Assembly (NCBI GenBank): GCA_019057815.1
Contig: JAHLWR010000006.1
Span: 64,001-128,000 of the forward strand
DNA length: 64,000 nucleotides
Source of the DNA: Candidatus Heimdallarchaeota archaeon
GTDB taxonomy: Archaea; Asgardarchaeota; Heimdallarchaeia; Heimdallarchaeales; Heimdallarchaeaceae
Reading direction: 5' to 3'
The notes under the pieces: generated by a model
What the model saw: only the letters and a program-made list of their open reading frames with translations
What the model was told of the DNA's origin: nothing
The model's database searches: none
Program-made: the position numbers and the translations under genes
Shown: positions 9,588 to 18,594 of the stretch, piece by piece
Layout of the letters: each line of letters opens with the position of its first letter
How positions within the stretch are numbered: position 1 is the stretch's first letter

Positions 9588-10001
9588 GTGTCAGCTAGGA
9601 AATTTAAATATAGAGGATTTACATTGGATGAACTTAAACAAAAATCCATGGATGAGATCCTTGAATTACTTCCCTCTAGAAGAAGGAGAAGCTTATCTCG
9701 CCAAGAATTCTGGACAACTCGTAGAAAAAAATTATTAGAAGACATAAGGGTATCTGTAGAAGCAATTGAAAGAGGAGAACAAATAACCGTCAGAACACAT
9801 ATAAGAGATATGCCTATACTTCCTGAAATGGTGGGAGCCACAGTTGGCATTTATAATGGAAAAGATTTCATTACAGTGGAAATCAAACCACAAATGATAG
9901 GTCATATACTTGGTGAATTTTCTCCCTGTACAAAGGTTGTGCGACATGGATCACCTGGTATTGGAGCAACAAGGTCTTCTCTTTATGTTCCGCTTAAATA
10001 A
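9588..10001 (+). CDS. rps19p: 30S ribosomal protein uS19 (archaeal S19P)
   Basis: FKYRGFTLDEL, RTHIRDMPILPEMVG, YNGK, MIGHILGEFS, GIGATRSSLYVPLK. Confidence 0.97.
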   Translation: MSARKFKYRGFTLDELKQKSMDEILELLPSRRRRSLSRQEFWTTRRKKLLEDIRVSVEAIERGEQITVRTHIRDMPILPEMVGATVGIYNGKDFITVEIKPQMIGHILGEFSPCTKVVRHGSPGIGATRSSLYVPLK

Positions 10002-10075
10002 ATCCATTTATCGTATTTTAGTTTTCCATTTTTTATGCAAAATTTTTAAAGTAACCGTGTTGCAGTAAGCATACA

Positions 10076-10450
10076 ATGTCCCATTCAGAAGATAATGTAG
10101 AACTTGAAGAAATAAAAGATTCAAAAGCGTTTCAAAGACTTAAAAAGAAAGTAACAATTGACCTACTATGGATTTGGGTTCTAAAACTGCTAAAAGAATC
10201 ACCTAAATATGCTTATGAATTGAAAAATGAGATGAGTAAAAAGTTTGGCTTCACTCCAGCAACAGTTACTAACTATAAAGTTCTTTATCTTTTAGAAAGA
10301 GAAGGTATTGTTAGGAAAGCTGAGATGAGGAGTGGTACAGAAAGAATAGATAGAAAATATTATGAGATAACTGAGATTGGAGATAAACTACTAGTAGAAG
10401 CAAAAGAATATTTTATACAACTGTTCCAAAAACTATTTCCTGACGAATAA
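10076..10450 (+). CDS. PadR-family transcriptional regulator
   Basis: LLWIWVLKLLKESPKYAYEL...YKVLYLLEREG...RKYYEITEIG. Confidence 0.9.
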   Translation: MSHSEDNVELEEIKDSKAFQRLKKKVTIDLLWIWVLKLLKESPKYAYELKNEMSKKFGFTPATVTNYKVLYLLEREGIVRKAEMRSGTERIDRKYYEITEIGDKLLVEAKEYFIQLFQKLFPDE

Positions 10451-10664
10451 TAGCCCAAACAACAAAGATTATTTCGAGATTAACTGTTGTAGTTATGTTA
10501 TTTATAAACATCAGCTGTTTTTTATAAATGGAAAATAATTTTGATACTTTTGGGGTGACTAACTGTTTCCATAAACTTGGACAAACCTTGTGCTCATTTT
10601 TCAACAGATTTAAAAGTTAAATTTTAAAGAGATGTTAGGTTATTATTATGAAGGTGATTTAAGC

Positions 10665-10946
10665 GTGCCTAAAAAAAGAAAGTCGGGCGGTAGGTCCGGT
10701 GGTAAGAGAGGTCGATCTAAACTTGTACAATGTCACTCATGTGGTCAACTTGTTGCACAGGATAAAGCTAAAAAATTTACAGTTTTTACAAGCGCTGTTG
10801 ATTATCGATTGGCAAAAGAGCTTCGAGATGAAGGAGCTATTATCCCTCGAGTAAGTAAGATTGTTTATTATTGTGTTTCTTGTGCCATACACAGACATAG
10901 GATCCATATCAGGAAAAAGTCTGATAGAAAAGGAAAAGAAAGGTAA
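10665..10946 (+). CDS. rps26e: 30S ribosomal protein eS26
   Basis: PKKRKSGGRS, CxxC, DKA, YCVSCAIH. GTG start at 10665 preceded by a GGTGA SD-like motif. Confidence 0.95.
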   Translation: MPKKRKSGGRSGGKRGRSKLVQCHSCGQLVAQDKAKKFTVFTSAVDYRLAKELRDEGAIIPRVSKIVYYCVSCAIHRHRIHIRKKSDRKGKER

Positions 10947-10986
10947 AAATTTATTTCCTTTATTTATCCTCTTTCGGGGGATTAGT

Positions 10987-11571
10987 TTGTCTCCACAATT
11001 AATTTTTATAATTCCGACACGAACTGTTCGTTTGGATTCTTCAAAGAAAATTAGAACTGTAGTATCTGGTAAGGAACGTGTTGATGTTCTTGCTCGTTGT
11101 CTTTTTAGTCTTCATAGATGGCAGTCACGATTGAAATATGATATAAAACTTGTTTTTTACTTATCGCATCCTCAGGAAGAGAAAGCGATTATTATTCCTT
11201 TGCACAATTTATCTGAAAAAATTGATGACGAGTTTAAAGCTACTCACCTTATGATACACCTTCTTTCATCTCCTGAAGTTTTTAACTGTGAAACACAAAA
11301 AATTAGTTTCGAAGAATTATTACTTCATACTTCTGCTAATTCAATCATTTATTATTTGACACCAAATGGATTACCATTTTCAGATGTGAAAAAAGAGCTA
11401 TCTAGAAGTGATTCACTTTGCTTTGTTTTGGGAAGTCAACATGATTTGACTCCTGAACAAGAAAGTGTAATGTGTAAGATTGGTGCTCTTCAGATAAGTT
11501 TGGGTCAACTCAACTATCTAGCTTCTCATGTTCTGACAATTATTTGTCACTGTTTGCTTGATACACTTTAA
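10987..11571 (+). CDS. SPOUT methyltransferase, TrmY-like (tRNA m1-pseudouridine54)
   Basis: GKERVDVLARCL, FVLGSQHDLT and ISLGQLNYLASHVLTII resemble TrmY motifs. Likely start is TTG 10987 after GGGGGA. Confidence 0.7.
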   Translation: MSPQLIFIIPTRTVRLDSSKKIRTVVSGKERVDVLARCLFSLHRWQSRLKYDIKLVFYLSHPQEEKAIIIPLHNLSEKIDDEFKATHLMIHLLSSPEVFNCETQKISFEELLLHTSANSIIYYLTPNGLPFSDVKKELSRSDSLCFVLGSQHDLTPEQESVMCKIGALQISLGQLNYLASHVLTIICHCLLDTL

Positions 11572-11752
11572 AACAGTAGCCTTTCTTAATTAAAATACAA
11601 ATTTATCTTTTGAATATAGCGTTTTCGTGACCAATTCTGTGGAATCAGATATAATCACATCAAGTATTTTTCTTCTACTAGTTTTCTTAATTCATTTTTA
11701 CTATTATTTCAAATAAAAACAGAAATAAATAAATTAAACATAATATGAATCA

Positions 11753-12148
11753 ATGGAAGATGTAAAAGTGGACATATGTTATTATTGCGGGAAAAAGCAT
11801 GAAAATCATCAAACCTTATTTCAATGTAAGAATTGTGGCAATATCGTTCGAATATGTTCAAACAAGAAAAACTTCTTTGTTTATCTCTTAGAATGTAAAA
11901 ATAGAACAATCTATACTGGAATAACTACAGATGTAGAGCGTAGAATCTCTGAACATAGAAGAGGTTTGGGTTCTAAATATGTTGTGAAAAAGGGAGTAAA
12001 CAGACTCTTAGCTACATGGATTTGCACAAACAGGAGTGAAGCTCTACGTTTAGAATACAAGATTAAACAGTTATCACACGCGGAAAAAAGGCAAATGGTT
12101 TCTCGTTGGAATAATATCGAAACAAAAGAGCCTTTTCCAAAAAACTAA
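11753..12148 (+). CDS. GIY-YIG nuclease (UPF0213/YhbQ-like) with N-terminal zinc ribbon
   Basis: FVYLLEC...IYTGITTDVERRISEH...SEALRLEYKIK; N-terminal CYYC...CKNC. Confidence 0.85.
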   Translation: MEDVKVDICYYCGKKHENHQTLFQCKNCGNIVRICSNKKNFFVYLLECKNRTIYTGITTDVERRISEHRRGLGSKYVVKKGVNRLLATWICTNRSEALRLEYKIKQLSHAEKRQMVSRWNNIETKEPFPKN

Positions 12149-12302
12149 ATGTAAGTTTGTTAGAAAATCAATTTGGAGATAAACCATATACTGAAGATAA
12201 GTCATGCGCTTTATCTCTATTCTAGATTACAGATCCATAGTAATATGTTTAGGTGTACAAGCTAATAAAATAGTCATTAAAAACAAAAAATGGAAAAAAG
12301 AA

Positions 12303-13634
12303 TTAAAGAAATCCTTTCTCTTTCAAGATGTCCTCTAAGGTAGGATAACCGATTTCGCTAAGTTCATATTTAACACGAACTATAGGTTTGTTGACCTTAA
12401 CTAAACGGGTAATGTCGATTGGTGTAGCTGAAACAACAACATCACAGTCAACAGCGTTGATGGTCTCTTCCATATCCTTGAGTTGTTGATCGAAATAACC
12501 CATCGCTGGTAACAATACACCTATTTCTGGATATTTTTCAAATGTTTCTGACATTGATCCTACTAGCCATGGACGAGGATCGATTATCTCTCCTGCTCCA
12601 AAACGCATAGCTGCAACTATTCCTGCTCCAAAAGCCATTTCACCATGTGTTAGTGTTGGACCATCTTCAATAACTAACACGCGTTTTCCTTTGACGAGTT
12701 CTGGTTTATCGACAAAGATTGGTGAAGCTGCTTCGACAATTATAGCATCAGGATTAATCTCACGAAGGTTCTCTTCTAATTCAAGGATATCTTCATAATC
12801 AGCAGTAACAACTTTGTTGACTATGATAACATCAGCAAGATTAACGTTGATGGCTCCTGGATAGTATTCCCTTTCATGACCTACTCTGTGTGGATCTGCA
12901 ACTACAATGTTCAAGTGCTTTTCAGAGGTATAGAATGGGAAATCATTGTTACCACCATCCCAAAGGATAATATCTGCTTCTTTTTCTGCTTCACGTAAAA
13001 TAGCTTCATAGTCAACACCAGCATAGATTACAAGACCTCGATCTATATACGGCTCATATTCTTCACGTTCTTCGATGGTAGTTTCGTGTTTATCTAAATC
13101 CTCATAGGTTGCGAATCTTTGAACAGCTTGCTTAGCAAGGTCACCATATGGCATAGGATGCCTAATCGCAACAATCTTCTTACCAGCTTTTCTTAACGTG
13201 TCAACAATTTTTCTACTAGTCTGAGATTTACCACAACCAGTTCTAACAGCACAAACAGAAATTAATGGTTTGTCCGTCTTTACTTGTGTATCCTTTGTAC
13301 CAAGCATGGAAAATCTTGCACCAGTAGCATTAACTAATGCTCCCTTGGCCATGACATAATTATTTGTAACATCGCTATAACTAAAGACTACTTCATCAAC
13401 ATTGAGCTCTTTAATCAAGTGACATAAATCTGCTTCATCATAAATTGGTATTCCATTGGGGTAGAGTTTACCAGATAGTTCAGTTGGATATTTTCTATCC
13501 ACAATGTCAGGAATTTGTGTTGCTGTAAAAGCAACTATTTCGTATTTTGGATTATCACGATATAAAGTATTAAAATTGTGAAAATCTCTTCCAGCAGCTC
13601 CCATTATGAGCACTCTGATTCGATCTGAAGACAT
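12303..13634 (-). CDS. Arginine synthetase (ArcE)-like protein, usually annotated as cyclic 2,3-diphosphoglycerate synthase-family GTPase
   Basis: GAAGRDFHNFN, AFTATQIP, AVRTGCGKSQT, RHPMPYG, TIEEREEYEP, WDGGNNDFPF, EDGPTLTHG, LPAMGY. Confidence 0.8.
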   Translation of the reverse strand: MSSDRIRVLIMGAAGRDFHNFNTLYRDNPKYEIVAFTATQIPDIVDRKYPTELSGKLYPNGIPIYDEADLCHLIKELNVDEVVFSYSDVTNNYVMAKGALVNATGARFSMLGTKDTQVKTDKPLISVCAVRTGCGKSQTSRKIVDTLRKAGKKIVAIRHPMPYGDLAKQAVQRFATYEDLDKHETTIEEREEYEPYIDRGLVIYAGVDYEAILREAEKEADIILWDGGNNDFPFYTSEKHLNIVVADPHRVGHEREYYPGAINVNLADVIIVNKVVTADYEDILELEENLREINPDAIIVEAASPIFVDKPELVKGKRVLVIEDGPTLTHGEMAFGAGIVAAMRFGAGEIIDPRPWLVGSMSETFEKYPEIGVLLPAMGYFDQQLKDMEETINAVDCDVVVSATPIDITRLVKVNKPIVRVKYELSEIGYPTLEDILKEKGFL

Positions 13635-13780
13635 ATAAAAACCTCAAATTAACTTCTAATCGTACAAGTTACTGTACCATGACCAACTTAAACAAGAGTT
13701 TTTTAAAATTTCTGATTTGACATTACATTTTTAGTGTTTTTTAGATTTGATTTGTATAGATTGGAAAACAAATTGCTGCT

Positions 13781-14536
13781 TTATTCTTGCGTTTTTAAGT
13801 AAAAATACATGAATCCATTAAAATTTTTTGTTATTATTATTGGTTTTTTATCATCAACCCATCTTGGTATTTCTATACCCTTCTTAATTAGACATGATTT
13901 TATTCCTATATTATAAGCTCCCACGATGTCTGCTTCATATGAATCTCCAATCATGAAGGCTTGTTCTTTTGTTACTTCTAATTTGTCTAGTGCGTGAATA
14001 AAGATTTTTTTGTGAGGTTTTGGTTTTCCCACTTGTTCACTTGTTACATATCCATCTACAACTTCTAATAAATTCGTTTTTTTGATTCGTTGTTCTTGAA
14101 CATAATGAATGCCATTAGACACTATAAAAAGATTAATTCCTCTATTTTTTGCTTTTTTCAACAAACTTAGTGACTTCGGATCGAGCGTAGTATTTTTTAT
14201 CAAATAACTAAGGTATTCTTCATCGATTTTCTTAGGACTATCTTCAAAGGCATATTTTTCCTTCATTTTCTCAAATCTCTGAATCCTAACTTCTTCTAAT
14301 GTAAGAGTGTTTTTCTCAAACTCTCTCCAAAGGCTATTATTTATCTTTTCGAAATCATTTTTTCCAGCCTTCAAAACTTTTTTTGGTAACTTATGCTCTT
14401 GAAATAATTGTTCAAGAGCTTTGTCTGCAGCTTTTTTATAGTCAACAAGCGTGCCATCAAAATCAATTAGGAGTGTTTTTGTTTTTCTAAAAACATCCAA
14501 AACATCATTTTTCGTGAAAGGAAGGACACAATCCAT
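13781..14536 (-). CDS. HAD-superfamily hydrolase (YjjG-like nucleotidase)
   Basis: DFDGTL, SNG, KPKP, IGDSYEADIVGA. Confidence 0.9.
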   Translation of the reverse strand: MDCVLPFTKNDVLDVFRKTKTLLIDFDGTLVDYKKAADKALEQLFQEHKLPKKVLKAGKNDFEKINNSLWREFEKNTLTLEEVRIQRFEKMKEKYAFEDSPKKIDEEYLSYLIKNTTLDPKSLSLLKKAKNRGINLFIVSNGIHYVQEQRIKKTNLLEVVDGYVTSEQVGKPKPHKKIFIHALDKLEVTKEQAFMIGDSYEADIVGAYNIGIKSCLIKKGIEIPRWVDDKKPIIITKNFNGFMYFYLKTQE

Positions 14537-14596
14537 AAATATAAGAGTTTTAGTTCTTAAAAAGTTTAACTAATAAAGGAGGTATTATTTGTTTAT

Positions 14597-14848
14597 CTAT
14601 AAATTCGGTTTTTTCTTTTCTCCAATCTTTTTATTTATTATTTTCTGGATGATAAGTAGACCTATAATGGATAGAAGTAATCCTGTTAATGTTCCTGCTA
14701 TCATAGCAATTGCTTTTATTTGAGTTGGTGATTCTTTTGTAGCAAAAAAGGCTATTGCCATACCCATGATACTGAAAACAATTGGTGCGGCTAGTCCATA
14801 AGTTAACATCTTCTTTGTTACATTAAATTCTGTTTTCTTCTCAGTCAT
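14597..14848 (-). CDS. Small two-TM membrane protein
   Basis: Two hydrophobic helices and a basic tail; GGTGA SD-like motif upstream. Confidence 0.65.
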   Translation of the reverse strand: MTEKKTEFNVTKKMLTYGLAAPIVFSIMGMAIAFFATKESPTQIKAIAMIAGTLTGLLLSIIGLLIIQKIINKKIGEKKKPNL

Positions 14849-15163
14849 ATTTTCACCAGTGATTGAAGCCCTATCATAACTTGTTTTAATATATGTCTTT
14901 ACTTTTTCTATTTCCGAAAAGATAAGAAAAAATAGGGTAATGTCTACGATTTGAAAGAAAATATCTATGAATTAGTTTATTTGCGAGAAACAATCTGATT
15001 TTTTTGAAACTTACTATTGTGATTATACTGATCTTTCTCATTCTTTTTCATAGGCACTTCGTTTTGTGAATATTCTAGTATATCTTACATGTTCATGCAA
15101 TAACGTGTGTCACAAACAAAATAAGATATAAATCCCTTCATTTTTCTATATTTGCTGATAATC

Positions 15164-15973
15164 ATGTCCGATATTGCGATAAACTCCAATGGCTTAATTG
15201 GAGAAGGTTCTGATGTTCTTATAGTGTTGGATGACAAAAAACGTTGGATAGTCAAGGTGAAAAGCGGAAAACAATTTCATTGTCACAAGGGATATTTTGA
15301 CTATGATGAAATAATTGGGAAACCCTATGGCATAAGACTCCTTACTAGTAAATCCACCCCTTTAACAATTTACAAACCTCTTCCAAGCGACTATTTGAAA
15401 AATATCTCCCACAGTTCACAAATACTTTACTCTAAAGATATTGGCGCAATTTTATTGAACGGTGGTATTTCTTCTGGTTCCAAGGTAGTAGAAACTGGTA
15501 CGGGAAGTGGGGCACTAACTTCTATTTTAGCAACTTACGTCAAGCCTGAAGGACATGTTTATAGCTATGAAATAAGAGAAAACGCCTTTAAAACAGCAAC
15601 AAAGAACATTGAGAAACTTAATCTTACACCTTATGTTACATTAAAACATAAAGATGCTAGTTTAGGGTTCGATGAGGAAAATGTTGATGCTGTGGTTCTA
15701 GATTTGGGTAATCCTATAGAGGTGATACATCACGCTTATGATGTTTTACGTCCTAGTGGCTTAATGTCTATATTTCTCCCAACCTATAATCAAATTGAGA
15801 AAATTTTCGAGCAACTTAAGCTGCTCAACTTTGGTGATATAACAGCAATAGAACTAATAAAAAGAGAAATACAACTTAAGAAGAATGCAATACGTCCTAA
15901 AACCTGGATGGTGGGACACACAGGCTTTCTAATATTTGCAAGAAAAATGCACAAAAATAATTTAGAAAGATAG
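15164..15973 (+). CDS. trmI: tRNA (adenine57/58-N1)-methyltransferase, TrmI/GCD14
   Basis: QILYSKD, VETGTGSGALT, YEIRE, VLDLGNP, IRPKTWMVGHTGFLIFARK. Confidence 0.93.
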   Translation: MSDIAINSNGLIGEGSDVLIVLDDKKRWIVKVKSGKQFHCHKGYFDYDEIIGKPYGIRLLTSKSTPLTIYKPLPSDYLKNISHSSQILYSKDIGAILLNGGISSGSKVVETGTGSGALTSILATYVKPEGHVYSYEIRENAFKTATKNIEKLNLTPYVTLKHKDASLGFDEENVDAVVLDLGNPIEVIHHAYDVLRPSGLMSIFLPTYNQIEKIFEQLKLLNFGDITAIELIKREIQLKKNAIRPKTWMVGHTGFLIFARKMHKNNLER

Positions 15974-15993
15974 AAAGAAAAAAAGTAATACTT

Positions 15994-16587
15994 TTAAGAG
16001 TATTTCTTTTTAGCTCTTCTTTCTTTAAGCCACCCGTAGATTAGATAAAGTGCGACTATACCTATACCTATCGCGAAAATGGTACCTATTAAAAGAACTG
16101 CACCTGATGAACTGGATTTAGCAAGAACTCTAACCTCAAGATTATTAATCAAATAAAAATCTCTTGCAACCGGTCCTACTGTTGAATTGTAAGGATTCGC
16201 AATGACAAAGTATATTGAAACATTGTACGTTGCTTCATAATTGGTTATTTCTGCTTGTAATGTTGCAGTATATGTCTCGTTTGGACCAATTGTTCTATGA
16301 TCAAAATCTAGTCCGACTGTGTAAGTTATATCGTATTGGGTGTTATTTTCAGAGTGAATAAAATCTGCATTAAGTGATATAATTTCCACAGAATCGTCCC
16401 CTAAATTTGTTGCCGTACCATGAAAATTCACTATAGAACCTCGTGTGATAACTGTCTCAGAGATAGAGCCATCCATTACAATTATCAACTCCTCTTGTAG
16501 AGCATTAACATTATATGCAACGCTTGCAAACGCCATAGCTAGAAATATAACTAGCGAAATAATTTTCCTATTGCTTATTGTATTCAT
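15994..16587 (-). CDS. Type I membrane protein, probable translocon-associated protein alpha (TRAP-alpha/SSR1) homologue
   Basis: Signal peptide, one beta-sandwich with IVNFHGTATNLGDDSVEIISLNADF (cf. SSR1 [25 protein letters not shown], recalled), C-terminal TM and basic tail. Confidence 0.6.
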   Translation of the reverse strand: MNTISNRKIISLVIFLAMAFASVAYNVNALQEELIIVMDGSISETVITRGSIVNFHGTATNLGDDSVEIISLNADFIHSENNTQYDITYTVGLDFDHRTIGPNETYTATLQAEITNYEATYNVSIYFVIANPYNSTVGPVARDFYLINNLEVRVLAKSSSSGAVLLIGTIFAIGIGIVALYLIYGWLKERRAKKKYS

Positions 16588-16598
16588 AAAAATCAGCT

Positions 16599-17231
16599 TT
16601 ATTCTTTTATTAACATCAATGAGAGTTCTCTTTTAATATCTTCATCATACCTTTCTAGTCTTTTTTCATAGGTGTTGTCGATTCTTATTTTACCATCTAA
16701 AATCTGCAAAATGACACCACCTCTGCAACTTATAAACTTATCAGCTAAGCTAAATTTTGTATCAATTTTTGCATCTTTTTTAAGCTTTTTAGAAATCCCA
16801 GCCAAGAATTCTTTTGTTAAAAGTTTTTCATCTTCTTTACGACAGCAAATTACTAAATCTGGCTCTTCTAGGGTACTAGCTGCATCAAAAATCAGTTTCT
16901 CTAAACTTTTAGAGTATTTCTCAGTCTTGGTTAAGGTTTCTATTTTTTTTAGAGATTCCTCAATAAGATCTTCAACTAACTTATCTTGAAATTTAGTTTT
17001 TTTTAGTCTAATTTCTAATTTTTGTTTTGCTTTCTCTTTTTGAAATTCTGATTCAGCTTGTTCAGAAGCCTCCTCTATTATCCTCTCTCTCAATTTTTTT
17101 ATTTTTTTCTCAGTTTCTGATGAAATACTCTCTATAGTTGCTTTTTGTTCTTTATCAATTTGTTTTATCTGAATTTCTGTTTTTGCTTTGATTTTTTCGA
17201 TTATTTCTGGGTTAAAATATTCATCGCTCAT
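16599..17231 (-). CDS. atpE: A/V-type ATP synthase subunit E
   Basis: N-terminal coiled coil; C-terminal GGVILQILDGKIRIDNTYEKRL. Confidence 0.88.
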   Translation of the reverse strand: MSDEYFNPEIIEKIKAKTEIQIKQIDKEQKATIESISSETEKKIKKLRERIIEEASEQAESEFQKEKAKQKLEIRLKKTKFQDKLVEDLIEESLKKIETLTKTEKYSKSLEKLIFDAASTLEEPDLVICCRKEDEKLLTKEFLAGISKKLKKDAKIDTKFSLADKFISCRGGVILQILDGKIRIDNTYEKRLERYDEDIKRELSLMLIKE

Positions 17232-17373
17232 TCTAAATACCCCTATTGGTCAGAGATGTTGTTTTGGAGTTCAATACACATCTTATAAGAATTGTGGTTT
17301 GATTTTTTTAGCAGGAAAATTCTGATATTTTACCATTATTTCAAATAAAGTGTAGGATAGGGGAAAATAAATT

Positions 17374-18396
17374 TCATCTGTCAAATAGTGTTTCGTCGGT
17401 GGCAGATTTATACGCGTATAAGAAAAGAGCAAAGAAAAGGAATCCTGAAAGACCAATAATAATTGAAATAGCTCCTGCCCAGAAACGAGCAACGAAATTT
17501 ATTGCGATAAAGACTGCAACCATAAATGACCCTCCATTATTATTATCAGCTTTTGAGAATTTCTTTCTCCATCTTATTACCGTTTCTAAGACCCCTAAAA
17601 TCACTGCAACTATATTTATTATATACATTGATGTGTGTGCTGGATCCCATTTAGATACTAAACCATAAAGAAGAACAATTCCACCAAGTAGACCCCCTTT
17701 AATGAATAGAACTACTCGTGGTTGAACTGGTTTAGTATAAGATACTTGTGATGCTCCTTCGCGAAGAAAAACGAAAAAGTTTCCAATAGCTATAGCACAA
17801 GCCAAACATAAAACAGCACCATAGAAAATAGGTGCAATATCTGACCACTCGCTAAGAATTGGCACTATAACTAGCTGATATTCGCTGTAAAACGCAATTG
17901 TGACCATTAATGGGATTGTAGCTAAAAATAATCCTGGAATAACAATAAGAATTGCCGGAACATGTTTCTTAATACCAAAAGCGTATAAAAGCAATTTTAC
18001 TGCGAAAAATGCTCCGAAAACAGCTAATATGGGTCCTCCAAATGGTAAAATGAAGAAAAATAAGCAGAATATAGCATTAACAAAGTAAAAAAGACGAGTA
18101 TCAATTCTAACTTTCCCTAAACTTCGCCACATCAATTCATAAGTGTCAGATATTCTGTTAGCTTTAACAATCGAGAAAAGTGTAAACGGGAGAGCAAATA
18201 TGAGAGGTGAAAGTATTTTTAAAATAACTAATTCACCTGTACCTGAAAGTGGATTACTTCCCCAAAAGAAGAATTTGTCAAGTGTCAAGTCTTTCATCGG
18301 TCCCAATAAGAACCACACATAAAAATAAGCAGGAAAAACAAAAATTTGTATCAATACAATTAACCTGTTTACCATTAATCCTCTCAGTTCTACCAT
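17374..18396 (-). CDS. Polytopic membrane protein of unknown function
   Basis: About 9-10 hydrophobic segments. ATG 18396 follows an AGGAGA SD-like motif. Confidence 0.7.
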   Translation of the reverse strand: MVELRGLMVNRLIVLIQIFVFPAYFYVWFLLGPMKDLTLDKFFFWGSNPLSGTGELVILKILSPLIFALPFTLFSIVKANRISDTYELMWRSLGKVRIDTRLFYFVNAIFCLFFFILPFGGPILAVFGAFFAVKLLLYAFGIKKHVPAILIVIPGLFLATIPLMVTIAFYSEYQLVIVPILSEWSDIAPIFYGAVLCLACAIAIGNFFVFLREGASQVSYTKPVQPRVVLFIKGGLLGGIVLLYGLVSKWDPAHTSMYIINIVAVILGVLETVIRWRKKFSKADNNNGGSFMVAVFIAINFVARFWAGAISIIIGLSGFLFFALFLYAYKSATDETLFDR

Positions 18397-18594
18397 TTTC
18401 TCGTCTCCTTTATAGAAAGGTATACGCAGATAAAAAAACATTTCCTAATTGAGCAATCCTTTCTTAGTGATATAGGTTCTTTATAGGCTAGTTTTGTGCA
18501 ACAAATCTAGCTTATAGGCCTTATATTGCTATACATATTTAGTTCAATAATAAACTAAACTTTATTAATTTAATCTATAATAGATAAATAGAGT

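Noticed and set aside
10861-10986. Apparent long overlap between rps26e and the SPOUT gene
   Set aside because: Artefact of taking the first possible start; a better start with an SD-like motif lies at 10987.
14597-14848. Possible AtpZ/ATPase gene-1-like protein
   Set aside because: Only generic two-TM similarity; the conserved Asp is missing and it is not adjacent to ATPase genes.
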